64,000 nucleotides of DNA from Octopus bimaculoides (taxonomy: Eukaryota). Below the pieces are notes generated by a model. That model saw only the letters and a list, made by a program, of their open reading frames with translations, made no database searches and was not told the DNA's origin. The translations under genes and the position numbers were made by a program. The stretch is from contig NC_069003.1 in NCBI RefSeq assembly GCF_001194135.2, forward strand, positions 22,742,480 through 22,806,479, given 5' to 3'. This document shows, piece after piece, positions 52,720-64,000 of this stretch (within the stretch, counting starts at the first letter, position 1; every line of letters starts with the position of its first letter).

Positions 52720-53230
52720 CTTTTATGTCCCTTCATGTAGAAGGAAAACACTTCAGTTTCAGACAATCACATAGTTAGAGCATACACACTAACAAGAGTC
52801 ACATGAAGGTCATTGATCAGTGGAAGTCTCATGTACATAAGACTCACTAACTTCACATTGAAGTTCTTCCAGACCTGAGACTACAGGTGCTTTCAGTGCA
52901 AATTCCACACCTCTTCACATTTACCACTACAGTAAAAAGTTTAACCTCCAGCCTGTTCTGTAAAATGGCCTCCATTCACAAGTATTGTAGTGTTGTAGCT
53001 CCTTTGCTGTAAGTGCAGAATTGCTTTCAGAAAATGCTGTTGATTCATTATCAAGGGGAGTTTGGATGTTCCAGCAGCTACTATTCATAGGCTTATATTT
53101 TCTCACAGTCTCAGGATGAAGGATGACATCCTGGCCTGAACTGTATGCCCCAGGATACCTGCTAGGCCAGAACCCTTCACACTGTTCCAGAACCCTTATT
53201 GCCATTGTTTGCATCATTGTTATTATTACC
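52720..53230 (-). mobile_element. RTE (BovB-like) 5' fragment (APE N-terminus)
   Basis: WNIQTPLDNESTAFSESNSALTAKELQHYN and LPL..HVTLVSVYA. Confidence 0.75.
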
Positions 53231-53417
53231 TTCATTGAATGTGGTTTGCCTTTTTAGGGTTTGGCCAACTTTTCAAATGAAAAAAAAAAAAAAAAACAAA
53301 TAAAGAGAAACAAGGTGAATGATAATTACAGTGTTGGTATGTCAAGAGATGGCTGTGCATGATGCTTTTTAAAATGATGAGAACCCTTGCACACAACCAG
53401 TCCCTCTCCCTGAACAA

Positions 53418-53820
53418 TCATCATCATCATCATCGTCGTTTAACATCCGCTTTCCATGCTAGCATGGGTTGGACGATTTGACTGAGGACTGGTGAAACCA
53501 GATGGCTACACCAGGCTCCAATCTGATTTGGCAGAGTTTCTACAGCTGGATGCCCTTCCTAACATCAACCACTCCGAGAGTGTAGTGGGTGCTTTTATGT
53601 GCCACCGGCACGAAGACCAGTCAGGTGGTACTGGCAACGGCCACGCTCAAAATGGTGTATTTTACGTGCCACCTGCACAGTAGCCAGTTCGGCGGCACTG
53701 GCAACGATCTCGCTTGAATGTCTTTACACGTGCCATCCGTCACAAGTGCCAGGAAGGCGATGCTGGGCACAGGTGCCATGATGGTTTCGCTTTTGCTTGC
53801 CACAATAGGTCTTCGCAATC
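53418..53820 (-). mobile_element. Longest copy of the (GAT)n-tailed retroposon, with internal sub-repeats
   Basis: First ~150 bp near-identical to the 25928 and 58319 copies; repeated cgtgccacc / ctggcaacg units. Confidence 0.8.
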
Positions 53821-55449
53821 CCAAAAAGAACTAGTTGACTTCATTAGCTGTTGTCAAGTCACAGGTTTTACATCAAAGCTTTCCTTCTTCTAGAGTGATG
53901 TTCCTAACAAGGACTAGAAGTCACTCACTCTCTGTAGTGTGGTACACTATGTGTACATTCTCCTTCTTCTCTGCTGACCGAACCAGTTGTGCCTGCCAAC
54001 TGCTGAAAACATGTTGATCCTCTGCATAACCACTGTTTTCTGCACCAAAGTCACCAGTTTGTTGATGTTTGCTGCAGAAATTATTGCTGTTCATGAGAAA
54101 TAGCAGCACCAAGCTTGTGCATACAATATTGGATGGCCATTGACATTAATGAGTTCATCTATTTTTTGACAGGTGTTGTTTTCATTCTGTAGGGTATCCA
54201 GTTGTCTTCTTAACTAAACAAGCTTAGTGGGGTTACCAGTTTAGTTGCTGATGACCCAGTCATACAGCAGATTGTACTGGATTACATGGTACCAGGAGTG
54301 CTCACAAGCAACCTGACATACATACATACATACATACATAAGTATGTATATGTGTGTGTTTATGAGTGTGTTTGTCTTTGCCACAATTTTACAACCAGTG
54401 TTGGTTTGTTTACATTCCTGTAACTTAGCAGTTTAACAGAAGAGACTAATGAATGAGTACTAGACTTAAAAAAAGCCCTGGAGTCAATCCTATGGTCTGC
54501 GGATCTCTGGTAGTCTGCAAAGGTAGTACTAGGGGTTCCGTGAACATGTTAAGCTGACAGACCTTTCAATTACCTGGGGTCCATGGGAGAACTCATTCAA
54601 ATAAAAGGGGTCCTTGGTAGTGAAAAGGTTGGGAACCACTGGACTCAACCCTTCAAGGTGGTGTCTGATTCTTGTTGTAGTCCAGTGACTGAAGCAAGTA
54701 AAAGATAAAAGATTTGTCATGGATTGAATGTCTTTACTGTGATGGATTTATATATTTTCCTTATCTTCTCCTTTTTTCAGTTTTTTACATACTATGTCTT
54801 GATTTTTAAATTTTGAAGTCCTACTTTAAAATTAAAGTTTGAAACTAGGACTTGAGTTATTGTTACAAAACACCTGAAATATATTGATGTGTCTGATACT
54901 GTTTTGACTGATAAATGTGAGAAAACAAAAACAAAAGGAATACAGGTTAGATAAAACAATACAGCTTAATTTCATCCTTTTTTAATATGTAACACACACA
55001 CACATACACACACAGATAGATAATTTATATATATATATATATNNNNNNNNNNNNNNNNNNNNNNNNNNNNNNNNNNNNNNNNNNNNNNNNNNNNNNNNNN
55101 NNNNNNNNNNNNNNNNNNNNNNNNNNNNNNNNNNNNNNNNNNNNNNNNNNNNNNNNNNNNNNNNNNNNNNNNNNNNNNNNNNNNNNNNNNNNNNNNNNNN
55201 NNNNNNNNNNNNNNNNNNNNNNNNNNNNNNNNNNNNNNNNNNNNNNNNNNNNNNNNNNNNNNNNNNNNNNNNNNNNNNNNNNNNNNNNNNNNNNNNNNNN
55301 NNNNNNNNNNNNNNNNNNNNNNNNNNNNNNNNNNNNNNNNNNNNNNNNNNNNNNNNNNNNNNNNNNNNNNNNNNNNNNNNNNNNNNNNNNNNNNNNNNNN
55401 NNNNNNNNNNNNNNNNNNNNNNNNNNNNNNNNNNNNNNNNNNNNNNNNN

Positions 55450-55761
55450 CAGACCGGGCGTTGTGAGTGTTTATTGAGTGAAAACTAAAAGCTCCACGAG
55501 GCTCTGGCAGGGGATGGTGGCAAACCCTGCTGTACTCTTCCACCACAACTTTCTCTCACTCTTACTTCCTGTTTATGTTGTGCCTGTAATTCAAAGGGTC
55601 AGCCTTGTCACACTGTGTCACGCTGAATATATCCCCGAGAACTACGTTAAGGGTACACGTGTGTGTGGAGTGCTCAGCCACTTGCACGTTAATTTCACGA
55701 GCAGGCTGTTCCGTTGATCAGATCAACTAGAACCCTCGACGTCGTAAGCGACGGAGTGCCA
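55450..55761 (+). mobile_element. Same tRNA-derived SINE, 5' end lost in assembly gap
   Basis: Colinear with 13455-13766. Confidence 0.88.
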
Positions 55762-56389
55762 CTATCATTTAGTATTTGCTGATGAATAATGGCAACACTA
55801 AAAACTTAGGATCTTTACTGCTTACAACTAGGAGCTGTGTCGTTCTTTGGGGGAACTGTTTATATGTAATTTGGGAACCATGTCACTACTAATTTGCCAA
55901 CTTAATCACACATTCGATTATAATTCTTGTTGTATTTAAGTGTGCCTTTTAAATTACACTAATAATCAGTAATTTTGTTTGACCTAAAGTTTCTTTGATA
56001 CACAAAAGGAAGTTGTAATCTAGTTTGTTATATAACATTTTTTTTTAGTTGTTTTGTGTTTATTTTCTTCCACTAATAATGTTGGGTGTTTTGGTGAAAC
56101 GGTTATTTTTATATTAACAAAAATGGTAATGACTTAGCTTTGAAGTAAAAATAGAATCTGTCACTCAGACTAAATGAGACAAGCACAATTGAGTATACCC
56201 CAATAGGTATTCCATCAGTATTTCAGCATCTTAAAGCCATTATGACATTAATTTTCTTTAATCCTTTCCTGATGAAATAAATCCTAAGTGTGTTTCAATG
56301 GGTTTTGAAAATAATCAGTTTAGAGAGACTGAGTAAAATAACTTTTTTTGGTTTTTTGTATTTAAGCTAGTGTTTGGGACATTACTTAA

Positions 56390-56614
56390 CCCTTTTAACA
56401 TTTAAACCGGCCATATCTGGCCAAAGTATTCTATCAGTTTTATGTTCAAACTGATCAGATGTGGCCCCTCACACTTACTTTACAATATTATTCTAGAAAT
56501 AAACAATCATGTCATTGAAATCTCAAAGTTACGAGATAATGCATGCATGACTAATTCAATTGAATGTGAATAAATAAGCATTATATTTGCCAGAGTAATC
56601 TGAATGCTAAAGGG
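56390..56614 (+). mobile_element. piggyBac-like MITE, family A
   Basis: TTAA|CCCTTTTAACATTT ... AATGCTAAAGGG|TTAA. Confidence 0.8.
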
Positions 56615-57045
56615 TTAAAGTTTCTGACATAAAGTTATGATTTAAGCATAGTACTTTAAAACAGGTGGTATTGTATCATAAAATTAGATGTGGTCTCAGC
56701 TTGGCTCTATAACTTATCTTAAATATTTTCCCATCTTACCTTGCTATATTTATTTTTAACAATTTTGCATATGATTTGTAAATAAAATTAGATTAGAATA
56801 TACCTTTCTTACAAAATATAAGACTTCACTGGGATTATTTAAGGGTCAGATATTTTGTTATTTGTGTTGAAGTTGGCTTTAAGATGCTATTTCTGATCAC
56901 TATTTGCATTTTTTTTTTTGTTATTGTGTATTGATTCCATGGAAATTTAGCAGTTCCCTTTTTCAGTAGAAAAGAAAAAAAAAAACAAACACCCTGTTTA
57001 GAATCTCTCTCAACTGTGCTTAGGAGTAGTGTCACTGTTTTTTAG

Positions 57046-57111
57046 AAATGCTGGTCCCTGTTCAGCAGAGATTACCGAGGAAAATATCTGGACCAAAAGC
57101 ACATAATTATG
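57046..57111 (+). CDS. Candidate downstream TMCC exon, 66 nt, phase 1-1: (E)MLVPVQQRLPRKISGPKAHNY(G)
   Basis: Acceptor gtcactgttttttag, donor G|gtaagt. Open frame compatible with the phase-1 end of exon 45658-45737. No recognisable homology, so support is splice signals and phase only. Confidence 0.5.
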
Positions 57112-59189
57112 GTAAGTGTCAGTCTAGAAATTTTGCTAAGTCATCCTTTATAGAATTTAGTTCACAATCAAAGAAAGGTAAGTATATTTCATCTGCTCCT
57201 CTTAGAAATCAGTATCTGTTTGTCTGTATCTATGTGTCTTGTTTAGCCACACATACATAGCATATACTTTCTGCAATATTTTTTTTCTTCCTAAATTTGC
57301 TATCTTGGTGCTTTTTCATTTTCTTTTCTTTTTCTTTCTTTCCTATGATCCATATTTTTGTCTTGCTCCATTTTGTTAGAAGATATATTAAGTTTAAAGG
57401 AATGGCCATTCTTAGTTTTGAAATATATCTATCACACCATTTTGCATCATTTGTAGAAAGATTTTATCTTACTTAACATTTATATTACATAAAATATCAA
57501 ACTCAAATCACAGTCTGTCCATTTTTTCTGTTGTAAAACTTTCGTAATAATTGAAATTAAATTTTATTGTGTATAAGCAAAAACTGTATTTTTAATCAAA
57601 ATAGCAGCTAAAGGCTGAAAAATGCTTTAAGGGATGTTTTATGATTTTCTTTATGTTTTACTAGTACGGTGATTGAGATTTGTGACGATTATTAATTATA
57701 AATTCACATCTCTGAATTTATCATCTGGAAATTTAATTTTCAATTGTAAAAGCAACTGCTAAAACATCTAAACCTTCAGTTGTCATGACAATAGTTAGCT
57801 TTAACATCATATATCTAGCTTGAATTTCACTGTGCAGCCACTTGGGCAAATACCATCTGTTCTAGCCTTGAATCAACCCAGTGGGGAGATGGAATATCTT
57901 GAATGGACTGTAGTTGATCTTAGGTGGTAGACATAATCTATTACCTTGTTTTAATGTCACCATCTAGCCTTTAGGTAGGTACTTTTAGCAGAATCCACTC
58001 TAATACAAACATTTGAATCTGGAGATAACCTATGAGTTGTGGATTCTTCCTCTCACTTACATCAACCAGTCTTGGTACACCTGCGAAACTAGTCATGAGT
58101 ACAGCTGCTTTTCTTGTCTGACCAAACCATAAATAAGTGTCGTGTATGTGTAAGTGAAGATGATTCACTCTGTGTGTTTTGCGTCTCATGCGTTTATTAA
58201 GAGGACAAAAAGATGAATGAACTGATTGATTTTCTGTTGCCCGAGTAAAGCACAGAGGCAAGGATTGAAAGTGTAAACCATCAGATTTGAACAAATGTAG
58301 ATACATAGTCTACTATATCATCATCATCATCATCATCATCGTTTAACGTCCGCTTTCCATGCTAGCATGGGTTGGACGATTTGACTGAGGACTGGTGCAA
58401 CCGGATGGCTACACCAGGCTCCAATCTAATTTGGCAGAGTTTCTACAGCTGGATACCCTTCCTAACGCCAACCACTCAGAGAGTGTAGTGGGTGCTTTTA
58501 CGTGTCACCCGCACGAAAACGGCCACGCTCGAAATGGTGTCTTTTATGTGCCACCCGCACAAGAGCCAGTCCAGGGGCACTGGCAACGATCTGTACTGAG
58601 TATTTCCTCTCTCCCCCCTGAAAAGAAATGACACTCGTATCATTTAAGCCAGTGATGCATGTAACAGGTGGTGTTATTACCCTTAGTTTAGAAATAAATG
58701 TTCATAGTTTGAACTCCTTGTACTCTGTACAGATTTAAGAGTAAGATACTGAGATGTCAAAGCAGTCATAATACAATGTATAAGTAAATACTGTCAATAG
58801 TTTGACAAATTATAATTTAACAACTCATCCTAGACATTTAACATTACTAATTAGGTATGTATTTAACCTTCCTTGTGTATCTGAAAATTAACCTAGCATA
58901 ACTATGTGCATGTTTGCATGATTTTATTGTTTTCTCACTAAAATGTAATGTAATTTCTTAAATACAACATTAGGAAATATTTTGTCTGATAATATAAATG
59001 AATTGAAATATCTCATAACATATCTATCTCATGTTTACAAAATACTTCAGCAATCTATTCATTATATATTATGTTGATCCTTTTTGTTGTTGTTTGTTTC
59101 ACCTTTTAACATTTACTTATAAGAAAAGAATCAGGGAAATAAGTTTTCAGAATCAATCCTGCCATTCTCTTGTTTGACTCTGGGGTTGT

Positions 59190-59570
59190 TGCTACTTTTG
59201 ATCTGAAATATATTTGTTGTGGCATGAATCTAGATCTTTGAGTAGAAGATTAGCATTGAGAGAATTCTTGCTTGTGCTACTTCTGTGTCATTGGCATAGC
59301 TAGTAAGAGTAGCTGCCATTATAACTGGTGGCATATCTGAGGGTCACCACAAACAGCAATGGCCCAAAGACAGTTTCCTGAGGCACTTCACTCAACTATT
59401 AATGCCTCATAGGAGAGGGCCCCATTGGCTTTCATAGACTGACACATGTCTTTTAAGAAGTCATACCACTCTCCCAGTTTTCCAACTATACCAAATCCTT
59501 GTAGTTTGTGACAATATTATCCCATGATCAACCTTATCAAAGACCTTTGCAAAATCAATATTTATCACAT
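59190..59570 (-). mobile_element. CR1/L2-group LINE RT fragment
   Basis: Minus strand reads IDFAKVFDKVDHG, followed by decayed GVPQGTVLGP- and YADD-like remnants. Confidence 0.7.
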
Positions 59571-59925
59571 CCATATATACATATATTTATATACATATGT
59601 ATCATCATCATCATCAATATCCATGTTCCATGCTGGCATGGGTTGGACAGTTTGATGAACCAATGTGTCCAAAGACTGCTTGATGCTCTAGTAACTGCTT
59701 TGGCATGTTTTTATGGCTGGATGTCCTTTCTAACTCCAATCACTTTACAGTGTGGACTGGGTGCTTTTTTGTGCCACCTGTACTATTGTGGTTGCCATAC
59801 AGTTTGCAGTAGGACTATGAGCCCTGAGATAGGTTGAGCACAGCTACATGATAGAGGATTACTGGGGAGGGTGGTGGTAGCAGAGCAGTTTTCTGCAGAG
59901 GGATCTGCATGGCTACTTACACTTA

Positions 59926-59972
<47 letters not shown>

Positions 59973-60189
59973 NNNNNNNNNNGAGGGAGAGATAAAATAA
60001 TCAGTAAGTAATTTTAGCAGCCAAAGTAAAATTTATGATTGAATTTCTTTAGTGATAGACTAGCACTGAAGTTTTGCTGGCATTTTAAGTGTTGCATGAA
60101 AGTTACCAGTATATTTCAGAAAAATATACTTGCTTCAAAAAAATATTTCCTCAGCTGCCTCTTGCAGCATTAAAAATATGAGAACTATT

Positions 60190-60930
60190 AATCAGTACCT
60201 CTAATCCTAATGAAAACTTCATAGAAGTTTCTGAATGCTCTCTCTGAAAAACAGCTGCAAGACAGGTGAGACCTGTCCAATTGTGTAACAACATTAGTCA
60301 AGTTAACTCCACCACAAACCATAACAGAAATGTTATGATTCATACAGAAGATGGAACCTGTAAGGATTCCCATTTGGTGTACACAGAAGAATGCACCAAA
60401 CAGAACTTGATTTATGCTGGTTGCATGACAGACAAATTTAAAATAAGATGCAATGGGCACAGGTATGATGTCAGGCACAATAACAGTAGTTCAGAACTTG
60501 TTAAAAAACCATTTTTCATCAGATGGCTGTAAATTTGAGGAACACCTGAAAATACACATTCTCAGAGAAATATTCTGACTCCACTACATTTTCAGTCCTT
60601 AAAATACATGAGGATAAATATATTTGTGTATTACTAATGTCATGCTCTGGAGGAAAGAATGAAATGATTAGAAAATTCCATCACATTTACACGAAACTTT
60701 TTGATCAAGTGTTTTCTTTCTTGTTTTCTTTTCTTTTTCTTCATTTTCCTTCTCTTTTTTTCTTTGTTATCAGTTATGAAAAAGCAAAAATTTATGCTGT
60801 CATTCTGTCTTAAAAGGAATGCAGTATATTTCAGTTCAAATTTTGAATTTCTTTATTTCTGGTTTTTTTTTCTTTCTCAATTTGAACCTGAGGAAGACCT
60901 ATACTGTCAAAATATTGTTCAATTCAATAA
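60190..60930 (+). mobile_element. Penelope-like element 3' fragment: GIY-YIG endonuclease plus terminal region
   Basis: TCKDSHLVYTEECTKQNLIYAGCMTDKFKIRCNGHRYDVRHNNSSSEL (VY..C..LIYVG..RFNGHR signature), pyrimidine-rich UTR, AATAAA at 60926. Confidence 0.8.
60882..60922 (+). ncRNA. Minimal type I hammerhead ribozyme motif, probably inactivated (G12>A)
   Basis: TTGAAC-CTGAGGA-A-GAC ctatact GTC-AAAA-TA-T-T-GTTCAA: 6-bp stem I, 3-bp stem II, palindromic ATAT stem III; located at a PLE end. Confidence 0.65.
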
Positions 60931-61150
60931 AAAGAGTTGATCTCTATTTATTACAAAGTGTATCATGCTCTTCTTATTGCTTATTTACTTTCATGAAGAG
61001 TTGTCAGTCTTCATAAATAATAGAATATTGTAGTTCGCTTGAAGCATTGTGTATTGTTTGTAAAGAATAAAAAGTTTAGAATGGTATAACAATGCACTAT
61101 AGAACAAAAAATGGACTATATACCTGTTGTAACTTGGTTATCAATAGTCC

Positions 61151-61186
61151 GATGATATTTCGGAATTAGAATTCCTTCTTCAGATC
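61151..61186 (-). ncRNA. Minimal type I hammerhead ribozyme motif, intact core
   Basis: Minus strand GAT-CTGAAGA-A-GGAAT tcta ATTCC-GAAA-TA-T-C-ATC: 3-bp stem I, 5-bp stem II, palindromic ATAT stem III, UC at the cleavage position. Confidence 0.7.
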
Positions 61187-61235
61187 TTCTTAGCTGGAGT
61201 CTCTGTTTTCCAACGGTTTTCCTAATTATTATTAA

Positions 61236-61685
61236 GGTGGTGAGCTGGCAGAATTGTTAGCATGCTAGGATAAATACTTAGTGGTATTTCATCTGTCTGC
61301 ACATTCTGAGTTAAAATTCTGTCAAGGTTGACTTTGCCTTTCATCCTTTCAGGGTTTATAAAATAAATACTAGTTGAGTACTGAGGTTGATGTAATCGAC
61401 TGTCTCCCTCCCCTTGAATTTCAGGGCTTGTGCCTATTGTAGAAAGGATTATTAATATTATTATTTAAGGTGGCCTGCTGGCAGAATTATTAGCATACTG
61501 GATGAAAAGCTTAGCAATATTTCGACCATCACTATGTTCTGATTTCGAATTCCACCGAGGTCAATTTTGTATTTCATTCTTTTGGGGTTGATTAAATAAA
61601 TACCAGTTATACACTGGGTTTGATGTAATCGACTTAATCTCCTCCCCTAAGCTGCCCTTGTGGAAAGAATTTGAAATCATCATCA

Positions 61686-61737
<52 letters not shown>

Positions 61738-62045
61738 CTAAGGTGGTGAGTTGGCAGAACTGTTAGCATGCCAGTCAAAATGCTTTGCAGTCTTTTGTCT
61801 GTCTTTATGTTCTGACTTCAAATTCTGCCGAGGTGAACTTTACCTTTCATCCTTTTGGGGTTGATAAAATAAGTACCAGTTGCATACTGGGTCGATGTAA
61901 TCAACTATCCTCTTCCACCAAATTTCAGGCCTTGTACCTATAGTAGAAAGGATTATTATTATTATTATAATTATTAAGGCAGTGAGCTGGCAGAGTTGTT
62001 AGTATGCCAGTTGTTAGTATGTTCTGAGTTCAATTTCTGCTTGAG
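61236..62045 (+). mobile_element. Head-to-tail array of four OK-like SINE copies
   Basis: Starts at 61236, 61469, 61742, 61978 (aa|gg(t/c)(g/a)g..gctggcaga-like heads), separated by (ATT)n/(ATC)n tails; last copy truncated. Confidence 0.85.
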
Positions 62046-62720
62046 TCGATCAAATATCCAACTGGATTTTCCAATTGTGCTAATGTGGACATGGAGAAAC
62101 TACATTGGGTCATCTGGGTTGTAGCTACATAGAATTTACTGTTGGCCAGTAAATAAGGATAGCATAAGTTGTCCACTTTATAGAATTGTTGGCCATGCAG
62201 ACCACAAAATTGTGATCTGTACAGTTGACCTAGATAGGCTTTGTAGGCAGGGACCCTGTTACTGGAAGCTGAACACACCACTCCTGGGTGCCAGGCTTAT
62301 ACAAACTGGATTAATGAATTAGTCAAGCGGGCACTGACAGGGTCAATCATCAACAACAAATGGCATTTTGCCCTAGAATGGGCAATTAGAGTAGAATCAA
62401 TTAGGTTTAGTGAGGCATTAGCAATATAAAGAAATAGAATAGAGAGAAACTTAGTTGAGAACTTAGAAGAGACACTTAGGAAAGGCATGTGCTTGCAGTG
62501 AGATTGGCCCTTGACCAATTCTTCAATGGTAAGCATGAAGGTGACATTGTCAAAGCTAAGGCACATGCTGTAAGACACAAGGGAATAAAAGCTGTTTGAT
62601 ATGCCTCAGTGGAGGAGGTGCAATGTGGAAACAAAGCCACAATTTGGTCAAAGGTAGACCAAAATAGGTGCATGTTACTTGGGTCTGAGCAGATGTGTAC
62701 AGCATTTCAGTAACACTCTG
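62045..62720 (+). mobile_element. Tx1/L1-like ORF2 fragment (APE C-terminus and linker)
   Basis: DHKIVICTVDLDRLCRQGPCYWKLNT (DH..GxxYWKLN motif). Confidence 0.7.
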
Positions 62721-63706
62721 CTCAACTTTTTGGGACAAATGATAGATCGGAACACACAATGGTCTTCAGTGTCTACCTTAATGGCATGCCATAACTGTCA
62801 GATAGGGAGCCGGAGCATTGTGAAAGAGTGATAACAGCATGGCAATATGCAGAGAGCTTTTTTATGAACTTAACCTTAAGAACCACTTATTAGCTTTGAG
62901 TAATCTAATCCATTTCTAATTTTCAATAACATTTTGATGCAGATTTTAATTTGTAAATCCATCATTCCTGTTCAGTAAATAGGTTACCTTCTTTTTTTCT
63001 TAAATTGAAATTTTAATTCCAATCCAATTAAAACAAGCTAAAATAGCAAAAAAAGTGAGAGTGTGGATTGTAATTTCATTTCAGTCTGAATTACGTTTTA
63101 ATTTGAATTTCAGTTTTTAAAATAATTTTTTTGTCTTTGTTTTCTACCTCAACTTATGCACAACTACACTTATGCACAACTACACACACACACACAACTT
63201 CCTACAGATACACACATATGTGCGGAACTAGTCTATCTGCCAAAACAGACATGCTTATTGTTTTTTTTTGGGGGGTATCAGAATTTTCATCATAAGTGCA
63301 AGTATGGGTATGTAGTAAGAAGCTTATTTCCTGACAACATGGTTCTGGGTTCAGTCCCACTGCATGGCACCTTCGGCAAGTGTCTTCTACTATAGCCTCG
63401 AGCAGCCCAAGTCCTTGTGAGTGGATTTGGTAGACAGAAACTGAAAGAAGTCCATTATATATATATAAAATACAAAATGGAATACAAAATACAAAATGGC
63501 TGATAGTTAGCAAGGTGGGACACACATAAGAAAGAAGAAAGCAAAGGACCACTGATGAGGTCACAGAAGTGTGACGAAAGAACTCTGGCCGAAATAGGAT
63601 TAATATAATGTAATGTAATATAAAGCTGAAGCAAATTAACACCAAATATACAGTGCGTGTGTTTTTATTGGCTAAACTGGCAATATGACTATCCCCAAGT
63701 ACAACA

Positions 63707-63740
<34 letters not shown>

Positions 63741-63941
63741 ATATAAACATGCAATGCCATGTATAAGTGCCTGTGCGGTGTCATGTAAAAGAACCCAGCA
63801 CTCTGTAAAGTGGTTGGCATTAGGAAGGGCATCCAGCCATAGAAACAAAGCCAAATCAGAGTGGAGTCTGGTGCAGCTTCCCAGTTTGCCAGCCCTGGCC
63901 AAACTGTCCAACCCCTGCCAGAATGGACAATGGATTTTAAA

Positions 63942-64000
<59 letters not shown>

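Noticed and set aside
57971-58306. 111-aa minus-strand ORF in non-repetitive-looking sequence
   Set aside because: No recognisable domain or splice context; could be an old TE, unresolved without a search.

Overview
AT-rich, microsatellite-dense, gapped animal genomic DNA. It is most likely octopus; this is inferred from the tRNA-derived SINE families and the repeat landscape, not from a database hit. Most of the window appears to be intron of a + strand TMCC-family gene (transmembrane and coiled-coil domain; TMCC1-3/TEX28/Drosophila dementin). Two well-supported exons, 32579-32611 and 45658-45737, splice in frame to [37 protein letters not shown]. Weaker candidate exons lie at 57046-57111 (with a second in-frame donor at 57177) and 8131-8157 (27 nt). 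The rest is decayed mobile DNA: RTE, R4/Dong, HERO-like, CR1/L2-like and Tx1-like LINE fragments, three Penelope-like element (PLE) remnants, four mariner remnants, piggyBac- and pogo-like MITEs, and many SINEs. No intact transposon ORF is present, and almost all ORF-track entries are microsatellite or TE artefacts. The most notable signal is a convergent pair of minimal type I hammerhead-ribozyme motifs at a PLE end: 60882-60922 (+, G12 lost) and 61151-61186 (-, core intact). Several long hairpins, frame-preserving microexon candidates and a head-to-tail SINE array also merit checking. TE boundaries are approximate unless a TSD or TIR is quoted.
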